A stretch of 64,000 nucleotides of DNA from Armatimonadota bacterium. GTDB taxonomy: Bacteria; Armatimonadota; SYMT01. The stretch covers positions 128,001-192,000 of the forward strand of contig JAWLHY010000015.1 in NCBI GenBank assembly GCA_041690135.1, written 5' to 3'. Below, one piece after another: positions 38,115-46,885 of the stretch (the stretch's first letter is position 1; each line of letters starts with the position of its first letter). Position numbers and translations under genes: made by a program. The notes beneath the pieces were generated by a model. The model did not search any database, had not been told where the DNA came from, and worked only from the letters and a program-made list of their open reading frames with translations.

Positions 38115-39694
38115 GCGTCGGGGTTCCGCGTGTACACCACCTCCACCTTGCCGGTGAAGGCCAGCTTCCACTTCGGGTGCCGGGCGAGCGCGGACGCCAG
38201 AGCACCCGTTTTGCTGGTGAGAACTACTTCCACCTCCCGGCGGTCCAACGCCTGGTCCCAGCCCGCGGCCACGTTGTGGATCTTCATCTCGTCGTCGAAC
38301 GCCTTCGTGGGATAGTAAACTTCCGCGCGACCATCGATGAACACCGGTCGCTGCGGATAGAGCTCCCAGATCAGGTAGCCACCCCAGACATAGTCGTTGT
38401 ACAGCTTCCCCGGCCAGTGACCCCGCTTCATCAGACGGACAGCCGACTCGGGGAAATAGCCCTGGTGGATGGCGTGGCTGTACCAGCGGTCGGGTGCCAC
38501 GCGCGGCCAGTAAGCGACGATTATGACCGAAGTGAAGACCACCAGGAGAAACGAACCCACAGCTCGGACCGCCGGGACCGCGAAGTATTCCCGCAGCACG
38601 TCCAGCGGCTCGGCTTCCTGCCAGAGGGCAACCAGGCCCGCAGCGAGCAGGGGCGTGGCGGCGATGGCGAACGGCACCGTATTCCGCTGCGAGGTAAGCG
38701 CCGCGTGCGCCATCGCTACGAGCACCAGCATCTCGCCCAGGCGGCCACGCGCACCGGCGGGCGCCACGGCGGCTACACCGAAGGTCGCGAGCAGCACGAC
38801 CTCGAACGGGCGCATCACGGTGTTATGGAAGTTCGGCGACCACCACTCCGAGATGTAGTCCATCACCTGGGGATGGCCCAGCACCTGGAAGGGATAGGTG
38901 TAGACCATAAACCCATGGGGGTTCAGCGCCACAGCCACGGAAGCCGCCGCGACCCCTCCGGCCAGCGGCGCCAGACCGGGCGAAGGGCGCCGGAACCAGG
39001 CCTGACCCATGGCCTCTCCGAGGACCCACAGCCCCACCAATACCAGACCCACGACCACCCCGCCGTGCAGATTGGCCCAGAGGATGAACACGAACGGCAG
39101 GGCCCAGGGAAGCCGGGGAAGCTCGCCCCGGTGATAGAGGTCGAGACAGAGGAGGAGCCCCGCCAGCAGGATGAAGGTCAACATCTGTGGGCGGAGGTCG
39201 GCGTAGTTGCGCATCACCAGCGCCGTGGCGAGCGCCGCGCCGACTCCCAGCGCCGTGCTGCCGCTGCGCATCCGTGCCCGGAGGAGCACCAGTCCACACG
39301 CCACGGCCGCCAGGCCGCACTTGTAGAAAAGCAGGGCCTCCTTGGGCAGATAGCGGTAGACGAGGTAGAAGAGGACCTCCGTCAGCCACTCGTGGACCAT
39401 CCACGGCTGGCCCGCCGCCGTCCAACTGAACACGTCCCGATCGGGGATCCGGCCCTCCCGGACGATCAACTCCCCGGTCTTCAACTGCCACCAGAAGTCC
39501 GTCACAGCAATCGGGACGAGGCAAATGAAGAAGACGGCCACCAACGCCAGGATGCCGGCCAGGAAGAGCATACCGCGGTTCACGTGCTCCACGGGCTTCG
39601 TCGCGGTTGACTCCCCTGACGCTTCAGTTGGAGGTTGGATAGCTGGGGGAAGAGTGGTGGGCACGAGAAGGGAGTGTCCGGAGGAGTCATTCAA
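38111..39694 (-). CDS. Multi-pass membrane protein, probable GT-C-fold glycosyltransferase
   Basis: DFWWQLKTG, HEWL, RPQ, WANLHGG, YNDYVWGGYL, FIDGR. Confidence 0.7.
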   Translation of the reverse strand: MNDSSGHSLLVPTTLPPAIQPPTEASGESTATKPVEHVNRGMLFLAGILALVAVFFICLVPIAVTDFWWQLKTGELIVREGRIPDRDVFSWTAAGQPWMVHEWLTEVLFYLVYRYLPKEALLFYKCGLAAVACGLVLLRARMRSGSTALGVGAALATALVMRNYADLRPQMLTFILLAGLLLCLDLYHRGELPRLPWALPFVFILWANLHGGVVVGLVLVGLWVLGEAMGQAWFRRPSPGLAPLAGGVAAASVAVALNPHGFMVYTYPFQVLGHPQVMDYISEWWSPNFHNTVMRPFEVVLLATFGVAAVAPAGARGRLGEMLVLVAMAHAALTSQRNTVPFAIAATPLLAAGLVALWQEAEPLDVLREYFAVPAVRAVGSFLLVVFTSVIIVAYWPRVAPDRWYSHAIHQGYFPESAVRLMKRGHWPGKLYNDYVWGGYLIWELYPQRPVFIDGRAEVYYPTKAFDDEMKIHNVAAGWDQALDRREVEVVLTSKTGALASALARHPKWKLAFTGKVEVVYTRNPDA

Positions 39695-39766
39695 AGGCGG
39701 CCGCTAACGCTCGGCACCTTACTTCAGCCTATCTTCCATCCGTTCACCCGGAGGAGTCAAGAACTC

Positions 39767-40864
39767 CTAGGTAGGATCCGTACGGATATAGGCATTGCCG
39801 GGGAGCCGGCGGGCCACGCCTTTCATCTCCAGCAGGAGCAGGGTGGCGCTGACCTGCCCGGCAGGGAGACCGGTCTCCACGATCAGGTCGTCCATGGGGA
39901 GAGGCTCGGCGCCCAGCAAGTTGAACAGGCGGGTCTCTTCGGGTGTGAGGGTGGGTGGGGGCGGCGGCTCCAGGTCGAATGGAAGGGTTTGCTGCCGTGA
40001 TCCGGTGCAGAACTCCTCAAGGATGTCGTCCACCGACTCGACCAACTTCGCCCCGTCCCGCAGGAGTGAGTGTGGTCCCCAGTTCCGGGGATTGTCGACG
40101 TTGCCGGGCACAGCGAATACTTCACGGCCCTGCTCCAGCGCGCATTCGGCCGTGATGAGCGCACCGCTGCCCTTCGGTGACTCCAGCACGACAACCCCCA
40201 GCGAGAGCCCACTGATAATACGATTCCGGCTGGGGAAGTGCCACGCGTCGGGTGGGCACATCATCGGGTATTCGGAGAGCAGCGCTCCACTCTCGGAAAT
40301 CATCTGCGCCAGACGACGGTTCTCGTAGGGATAGGCGACGTCGACCCCGCAGCCGAGACACGCAAGGGTCCTTCCGCCCACCCGCACCACCGCCTGGTGG
40401 GCGGCGGTATCCAGACCCCGGGCGAGACCGCTCACCACGGTGAAGCCCGCCTCTACCAATCCGCACGCCAACCGGTCTGCAGTCCGCTTGCCGTAGTCGG
40501 AGGCCTGGCGACTGCCGACGAGCGCAATCGCCCGGTGGTCGGTGTCGGCGAGAGTGCCCCGCACATAGAGCGCCACCGGGGGATCGGGGATCTGCGCGAG
40601 GAGGGGAGGATACTCCGGAGAGATTCTGGGGACGAGGGTGACCTGAAGGGCCTCCATCAGGTCGAGCTCCCGTCGTGTGACCTGGTGGCGCTCATCGAGT
40701 AGTTTCTCCGCCACCGCGAGCGAGCACCGCTCGGCGGCGCTCACTTGTGAGGCGGTAACGCCGAACAGCGCCTCCGGGGAGCCGAAATGGTCGAGAAGGC
40801 GGTTCAGGCGGCGGGCCGAAGCGCCCGTCTTGGTCAGGCGAATCCAGGAGGCGAGTTCGTTCAT
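39767..40864 (-). CDS. dprA: DNA-processing protein DprA
   Basis: DPPVALYVRG, VGSR, VSGLARGLD, FPSRNRIISG, SGALITA, C-terminal winged helix. Confidence 0.95.
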   Translation of the reverse strand: MNELASWIRLTKTGASARRLNRLLDHFGSPEALFGVTASQVSAAERCSLAVAEKLLDERHQVTRRELDLMEALQVTLVPRISPEYPPLLAQIPDPPVALYVRGTLADTDHRAIALVGSRQASDYGKRTADRLACGLVEAGFTVVSGLARGLDTAAHQAVVRVGGRTLACLGCGVDVAYPYENRRLAQMISESGALLSEYPMMCPPDAWHFPSRNRIISGLSLGVVVLESPKGSGALITAECALEQGREVFAVPGNVDNPRNWGPHSLLRDGAKLVESVDDILEEFCTGSRQQTLPFDLEPPPPPTLTPEETRLFNLLGAEPLPMDDLIVETGLPAGQVSATLLLLEMKGVARRLPGNAYIRTDPT

Positions 40865-40961
40865 CGGCGGCGAGTGAGCTGGAGATCAGAGCGCACGGCT
40901 GTTCATTTGCCGGCCGAGCCCTTCATCCCTTCTTCAAGGGAAAGGTGTGCAGGCATCGAGG

Positions 40962-41025
40962 TAATTGGGGCAATCGGGCATTGGGACGCTCAGGCATTGG
41001 GGCGCTCAGGCATTGGGGATTGGGG
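40962..41025. repeat. Degenerate tandem repeats (caggcattgggg units)
   Basis: cgctcaggcattgggg twice plus related units. Confidence 0.6.
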
Positions 41026-41057
41026 CCTGATGGGAAATAGGCGTTTGAGACGCAAAA

Positions 41058-41090
41058 GAAAAGAGGTCCCCGCTCTGGGGACCTCTTTTC
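41058..41090 (-). terminator. Intrinsic terminator
   Basis: gaaaagaggtcccc-gctct-ggggacctcttttc. Confidence 0.8.
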
Positions 41091-41118
41091 TCCGTAAAGG
41101 ACCAAGTTTCGGCCGGTT

Positions 41119-43017
41119 CTACTGGAGGCCGGGAGAGCCGAAGCCACCCTGGCCGCGACCGAAGCCGCCGCGGTTGCCCCGCATGTTGCCATAGCCTCCA
41201 CGACCGCGGTTCTGGTATTGGTAGCCGCCGAAGCGCCCGCGGAAGGTGCCGGGGCGACCCTGGGCACCGTACCCGCCAGGACCCGTCATCGCGCCGCCGG
41301 GACCGCCGGGACCGCCGGGGTAAGCACCCGCGCCCTCGGACCCCGGATAGCCACCCGGGCCGCCGGCGCCGCCCTGCGGCTCTTTCTTCTTGGGCACCGC
41401 CACCGCGCCGCGCGGCACAATATTGCTGTCGACGTTGAAAGTCCACTCCAGGGTGGAGGGGTTCCCCTTCCAGTCCGCCGCGATCAGCGTCAGGCGGTGA
41501 GGACCGTTCGCCAGAGGCTGCTCCGGCTGCCCCTTCTCCGGCTTCTGCGTCACGTAGGTGAGCAACCGCTTCACGGGGTTGTAGATCCAACCCTTCTTCT
41601 TGTCCGCGCTGGCCACGCGCTCGCCGTAGGCCACCGGGCTCGGATCGATCGGGACACCGTCCAGCAGAAGCTCGATGGTGTCGGGGTTGATCCCGGACCC
41701 TTCATCCCACAGATAGGCGGAAACGTAGACGGGCGGGAAGCCGTTGATCAGGGCGCCACGGCGGGGACGGGGCGAAACCACCAACGGGCCTTCGTCGTCG
41801 CTGGCTTCGGCCGAGAGGCAGGTGAGCGACCCGCTATCGTCCACGACGTACAGCTTCTTGTTGTGCGCCGCCATCGGAGCCCGGATCGCGTAAGAGGAGT
41901 ACAGGGGCTCAATGCCCTTCGGCGCTTCCATCCGATAACCCCAAAGCAATTTGCCCTGGGTGACGTCGATCCCGTAGAGGAACCCCTTGTCGGTCGTGAC
42001 GTAAAGCGTATTTCCCGCCAGGAGCGGAGCCCCCTGCGGGCGGCCATCCACGGAGACCTTCCAGGGCTTGCCTTCCGCGGTCATCGCCTGCTTCCCCGAG
42101 TTGGTCACGCAGTGGATGTTGCCGCTCCGGTCGCCGAAGTACCAGAACTTCTCCGTAATGATCGGCGTGGTGCTGATGTCGTTCTCTACGAACTGCCCCA
42201 TCGGGAAGGCCCGGTAGCTCCCGCCACGCAGCCGATACTGGAACATCGACGTACCCGCGGCCAGGTAGATCCGCCCGTTGTAAGCAACCGGCGCGCTATC
42301 GCCGCTGGCGGCCGTCGCCCGAGAGGTCCACATCAAACGACCGGTGTCGGCCTGGAACGCCCACAACTTGAGGTCCTGCGAGTTAATGTAGACGACCCCG
42401 TTGTAGTAAACCGGAGAGGTGGCGGAATCGTCGGACATCGGCATCGGGTTCTTGCCGTCGTTCGACTTCCACAGCAGGCGGCCGTCGCGGGCGTTGATGC
42501 AGTAGACGAAGTCGTCGTCCGACCCGAAGTAGAGGTTATTCCCAACGAGGATAGGAGAAGTGCGGACCGATCCGTCCGTGGGGAAACTCCAGGCTACGGT
42601 CCCATCAATCAGGCTGTAAGCCGTGATGCGACGGTCGGCATCCGGCACGTAGATGAAATCCTGGCCGATGCAGGGAGTGGCGGTGATCGACGGAATGTTG
42701 GGATCGTCGTCCGCGCCTTCCGGCATCCGCCATCGCATCTCGCCGGTTTCCACGTCCAGGCAGTAGATCCGGTTCTTCGAGGGGAAGAAAACCTGATCAC
42801 CGCTGATCACCGGGCCACCGAGATTGCCGGGGCGCTTGGCGTACATGTTAGTCGCGTGCTTCCAGAGCACGGCGAGCGGAGCGCCCAACTTCTCTGTCGT
42901 GTAGAAATTGTGTTCAGGATTCCCGCCGTAGCAGGTCCAGTCGGCCCGCGCCGGCGCGGCCAGGAGTGCGAGCCCTAATGCGGCGAGGCCGAAAGCGCGG
43001 AGATGGGTAGCAGCCAT
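41119..43017 (-). CDS. Secreted PQQ-like/BamB-type beta-propeller protein with Gly/Arg-rich tail
   Basis: Signal peptide ARA-DW; repeated ...G.L.W propeller motifs; GGAGG RBS. Confidence 0.85.
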   Translation of the reverse strand: MAATHLRAFGLAALGLALLAAPARADWTCYGGNPEHNFYTTEKLGAPLAVLWKHATNMYAKRPGNLGGPVISGDQVFFPSKNRIYCLDVETGEMRWRMPEGADDDPNIPSITATPCIGQDFIYVPDADRRITAYSLIDGTVAWSFPTDGSVRTSPILVGNNLYFGSDDDFVYCINARDGRLLWKSNDGKNPMPMSDDSATSPVYYNGVVYINSQDLKLWAFQADTGRLMWTSRATAASGDSAPVAYNGRIYLAAGTSMFQYRLRGGSYRAFPMGQFVENDISTTPIITEKFWYFGDRSGNIHCVTNSGKQAMTAEGKPWKVSVDGRPQGAPLLAGNTLYVTTDKGFLYGIDVTQGKLLWGYRMEAPKGIEPLYSSYAIRAPMAAHNKKLYVVDDSGSLTCLSAEASDDEGPLVVSPRPRRGALINGFPPVYVSAYLWDEGSGINPDTIELLLDGVPIDPSPVAYGERVASADKKKGWIYNPVKRLLTYVTQKPEKGQPEQPLANGPHRLTLIAADWKGNPSTLEWTFNVDSNIVPRGAVAVPKKKEPQGGAGGPGGYPGSEGAGAYPGGPGGPGGAMTGPGGYGAQGRPGTFRGRFGGYQYQNRGRGGYGNMRGNRGGFGRGQGGFGSPGLQ

Positions 43018-43073
43018 ACCTAGGTCCTCCAGGTGGGAGCCTCTTCCCGACTCCACCATGTTGGTTACGGAGC

Positions 43074-43352
43074 TCAGTCCGCCGAGAGTGCCCGTCCTGC
43101 GGCGGCATAAAGCTGTGCGCCGCGTCCCGCGATCCAGGACGCGACCAAGCCGGACACAAACAACCTCGCGATTTGCACGCCAAAGGCAATCGCCCACTGG
43201 TCGAGCTTTTCTCCGGGCTTGGGGAGCATTTCACCCAGGCGATAGGTGCCCACAAAGACCACCACCAGGAGAATGATGCCGCCGGTAAACACGGCCAGGC
43301 CGATTCCGCGGCCGACCCAATCGGGCTGCCGCGAGCGCTCACCTTCCACCAC
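43074..43352 (-). CDS. Small two-TM hypothetical protein
   Basis: GRGIGLAVFTGGIILLVVVF...ASWIAGRGAQLY. Confidence 0.6.
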   Translation of the reverse strand: MVEGERSRQPDWVGRGIGLAVFTGGIILLVVVFVGTYRLGEMLPKPGEKLDQWAIAFGVQIARLFVSGLVASWIAGRGAQLYAAAGRALSAD

Positions 43353-43528
43353 GAAGCATCCTCCGCCGCCTTCGCACACGACCCGGACGTGTGCGGCCAG
43401 CGTTACCCGGCATTATACCACGTCGGCAGAACGACCGGGCAACCGGCGGCAGAGTGTGTCCGCTTTCCACTTTCTCTTTGGACTCACCCCGTCCGCCGAT
43501 AGTTTCCACTGATTGCCCGCCCCACCCT

Positions 43529-45298
43529 TCAGGGCAGATCTTTCCGCACGTAGACGCGGACCGTGGGCATGTAGTAGCGCCAGTCGTGCGGGGGAATGCC
43601 CCTCCGCCACCAGGTGAACCCGAGCAGAGCCGGCCGCGGGCGGAACTCCCGCTCGATCCGGTAATCCGCCTCCAACGCCTCCATCAGATCCAGAACGCCG
43701 CTCTGGAACGAGGGATCGGCGTTGCGGACCCGGACGGGATCCTCGTACTCGTAGTCGGTCAACACGACGCGCGCGGGCCGGTGCTCCCGCAGCTTGGCCC
43801 CCGGGAGCGCTCCCGCGGGGGAGGGATGAGAACGAGGCGCCAGCACCTGGTAAGGGCCAGCCGCAAAAAGGTCGGGGCGCGCCACACCTTCTTCCACGGG
43901 ATCCCACGCCGGGGGACCGCCGTAGGGAAGTGCCCAGAGCTTCACGCTGCCGGCGGTGGGGTGCACGGGTGGGGTGTAGTACCAGGCATCCGATCCCAGC
44001 GCCACCACGTCGTCCGGTCGGGAAACCGAGCGGAGGTGGGCGGCGGCCTGGTCCCGCGCGTCCGGCGCGGTCAGGACCCCCAGGTGGGCCACGGTGGATG
44101 CGCATGCGGCGACGCCGGCCAGCACACCCAGGCCGGTCCAGAGCCGCGCCCGCGGTGTCGACAGGCCTTCATCCACCATTCGGGCGGCCAACAGCACTAG
44201 GACCGGCACCATTGGGGTGATGTAGCGGAGGAACTTGCGCTCGGCGGGGAGGAGCAGGAGGAAGAAGGGGAGCAGGAAGAGCAGCAGCAGAAGATCGGCC
44301 TTCCCACGCCGGTACATGGCCCAGGCCAATCCTCCGAGCGCCAGCAGGTAAAGAGGCCACTCCAACGCCACCGGGAAGGAGATCCCCAGGTGGTAAAGGA
44401 GCGTTGGGGGGGTCTCCTGGAAAATCAGGCCCTGCCCCTCGCGATTGCGACCCATTTCGTAGGCCAGGTCGGCGAGAAACCGCGGGGTCTCCAGCACCGC
44501 CCCGGGGGTTGCCACCAGAAATGCCCCGACGCACACGACCATGCATGCGGGAAGGGCCACCAGCGCCGGGCGGCGACCGCCTACCTCTCCGCGAAAGAGC
44601 TGCCAGAGCGGTACTGCCAGGGCGAACGCCGCGGGGAAGGCGTTGTATTTGGTTCCCACCGCCAATCCCGCCGCGGCCGCGCCGGCCAGGAGCCAGCCTA
44701 CGACCCGCCGGGCTTCCTGCGCGCGCAGCGCCTGCGCTGCCGCGACCAGGGTGAGGGTGGTGAAGAAGGTCGCGGGAACGTCGACCGTCATGTAATGCCC
44801 GAGCATCACCGCCAGCGGAGCCACAGCCAGGAAGCCGGCGGCCAGCCATCCCGCGCGGGCCGAGTAGAGGGTGCGGCCCAGCGACAGGACGAGACCGACC
44901 GTTCCCGCTCCCAGGAGGGCGGTCACCCAGCGGCTGACCCATAACAGATGGCCGAGATCCGCCACCCACTGCGTGAACGGCCCGGCCTGGGGCACCGCGC
45001 CCCACCCGGCGACCGGCGCGGTGAAGTCGTAGGCCAGGCGAGAGAGGAGGATGTAGAGCGTGCCGTAGTTGTAGAAAGTGGGGGTGAAGTCCAGCCAGAG
45101 CGGGTTGACCTGCCCCAGCACGAACAGCAACACCGCTTCATCCGGATGATAGGGGTAGTAGCGGCCCGCGTGGGGAAGCCCCCAGCCGATTCCCCAGGTA
45201 CGGAGCAGGAGCGCCGCCATCAACAGAAGCAGCACGCAGACCGGGTAAAGCCACCGCCGGCGGGGATGTTTGGGGAGGTTCTCGGTTTCGCCAGTCAA
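43529..45298 (-). CDS. Phospholipid-carrier-dependent glycosyltransferase (GT39/ArnT-like)
   Basis: WGLP..YHPDE, FYNYGTL, HYMTVD, GTKYN, RKFLRY; TTG start after GGAG. Confidence 0.8.
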   Translation of the reverse strand: MTGETENLPKHPRRRWLYPVCVLLLLMAALLLRTWGIGWGLPHAGRYYPYHPDEAVLLFVLGQVNPLWLDFTPTFYNYGTLYILLSRLAYDFTAPVAGWGAVPQAGPFTQWVADLGHLLWVSRWVTALLGAGTVGLVLSLGRTLYSARAGWLAAGFLAVAPLAVMLGHYMTVDVPATFFTTLTLVAAAQALRAQEARRVVGWLLAGAAAAGLAVGTKYNAFPAAFALAVPLWQLFRGEVGGRRPALVALPACMVVCVGAFLVATPGAVLETPRFLADLAYEMGRNREGQGLIFQETPPTLLYHLGISFPVALEWPLYLLALGGLAWAMYRRGKADLLLLLFLLPFFLLLLPAERKFLRYITPMVPVLVLLAARMVDEGLSTPRARLWTGLGVLAGVAACASTVAHLGVLTAPDARDQAAAHLRSVSRPDDVVALGSDAWYYTPPVHPTAGSVKLWALPYGGPPAWDPVEEGVARPDLFAAGPYQVLAPRSHPSPAGALPGAKLREHRPARVVLTDYEYEDPVRVRNADPSFQSGVLDLMEALEADYRIEREFRPRPALLGFTWWRRGIPPHDWRYYMPTVRVYVRKDLP

Positions 45299-45354
45299 CG
45301 CACACCCTGCTCCGCAGTGCGGCCCACTTCGGCCGGCGGACTTTCCGCGGAGGG

Positions 45355-45969
45355 TCAGGAGTGCACCTGATCCCGCAACTCCGCCACGGCCGCCATGATT
45401 CGTTCCGCAGCCTGTTCGAACTCTTCTCGTCCGGGCTTCCGGCCCATTTCCGCCCGAAACTCGAGGGGCGGACCGTAACGGAGTCCCACCCGGCTCAAAC
45501 GGATGCCGCCCTCGCGGGGAGTCACCTCCCGCGTACCCCACAGGTAGAAGGGGATAACGGGAACGCCGCTCCGGTACGCAATCATTCCTACGCCCATCTC
45601 GGCCGGCTGAAGTTCCCCCGTCTCGCTGCGGGTTCCTTCCGGAAAGATCACGACCGGAAAACCGCGCTCGAGGTACTCATAGGAGCGCTTCAGCGCGTTG
45701 CGGTCGGGAGCGCCGCGCCGCACCGGATAGGCGTGCAGGCGGGTGATGAGCCAGGCAAACCAGCGCTTCCGGAAAAGCTCCTCTTTCGCCATAAAGGCAT
45801 GCGGGCGCCATAAGGAGATGGCGACCAGCGGTGGATCCAGGTTGCTGATGTGGTTTCCCGCGAGAATGTAGGCGCCGCGTTTGGGAACGTACTCCGTGCC
45901 CTCGATCCTGGCTCGCATCAAGAGCCGGTAGATGAACCAGCAGAGGGTCCAGACCACCCGATAGATCAT
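45355..45969 (-). CDS. plsC: 1-acyl-sn-glycerol-3-phosphate acyltransferase
   Basis: NHISNLDP, FMAKEELF, FPEGTRS. Confidence 0.92.
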   Translation of the reverse strand: MIYRVVWTLCWFIYRLLMRARIEGTEYVPKRGAYILAGNHISNLDPPLVAISLWRPHAFMAKEELFRKRWFAWLITRLHAYPVRRGAPDRNALKRSYEYLERGFPVVIFPEGTRSETGELQPAEMGVGMIAYRSGVPVIPFYLWGTREVTPREGGIRLSRVGLRYGPPLEFRAEMGRKPGREEFEQAAERIMAAVAELRDQVHS

Positions 45970-46652
45970 GGCTGCTCCCGTTCCCGAGCCAACGCCGCGA
46001 TCCGGGCCACGACTTCGTCGATCGTCAACCCATCGGTGCAGACCTCGACCGCATCCTCGGCCTTTCGGAGGGGCGAGTGCTCGCGCCGCATGTCCCGGGT
46101 GTCCCGCTCAAGAACCTCGCGGAGGACGGTCTCCGAATCGACTTCGGCGCCCCCGGCACGCAACTCTTCGGCGCGTCTCCGGGCGCGCTCCTCGCCGCTG
46201 GCGGTCAAATAGACCTTCAGCCGGGCCTGGGGAAAGACCACGGTGCCGATGTCGCGCCCTTCCATGACCACCCCGCCCTCGGCGCCGAGCCGGCGCTGTT
46301 GATCCACCAAGGCCTCGCGCACCCCCGGCCAGCAACTCACCTCCGAGGCGCCGCGACTGATCTCGGGCGTGCGGATGGGGGCCGAGACATCCTCGCCGTC
46401 CACCCACAGGCGAGGCCGCTCCTCGTGCGGCTCGAACTCAAAACGCAGCCGTCCGGTAAGCTCCGTGAGGGCCTCGGCGTCATCCCAGGCAATCCCCGCC
46501 CGGCGCGCCATCAGGGCGACCGCCCGGTACATTGCGCCGGTATCGATGTAGACGTAACCCAGGTCACCGGCTACCCGGCGGGCGACGGTACTCTTTCCCG
46601 CACCCGCGGGACCGTCGATGGCGACGATAGGCTTGGAGGACTTGGAGGGCAT
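45966..46652 (-). CDS. cmk: Cytidylate kinase
   Basis: AIDGPAGAGKST, DTGAMYR, EGRDIGTVVFP. Confidence 0.97.
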   Translation of the reverse strand: MPSKSSKPIVAIDGPAGAGKSTVARRVAGDLGYVYIDTGAMYRAVALMARRAGIAWDDAEALTELTGRLRFEFEPHEERPRLWVDGEDVSAPIRTPEISRGASEVSCWPGVREALVDQQRRLGAEGGVVMEGRDIGTVVFPQARLKVYLTASGEERARRRAEELRAGGAEVDSETVLREVLERDTRDMRREHSPLRKAEDAVEVCTDGLTIDEVVARIAALAREREQP

Positions 46653-46885
46653 ACAAGACTTCTCGTGGTATGGGAGTCCATCCGGCGCGAATGCCTGCAA
46701 CGGGAAGCGCCGACGGCTGTCAAAGAGTCTATCGCATCGTTTGCTTCATCCGGCACGCAGGCACCGAACGGCTTGTTATGAGGATTTTTGCGCGGAACAT
46801 GATCGATCCAGAGGCACAGCAGAGGGGGCTTACTCCTCCCGACAACGGCGAGTCCGGCCGCGCGGCACACCGTCGCCGGGAATGG

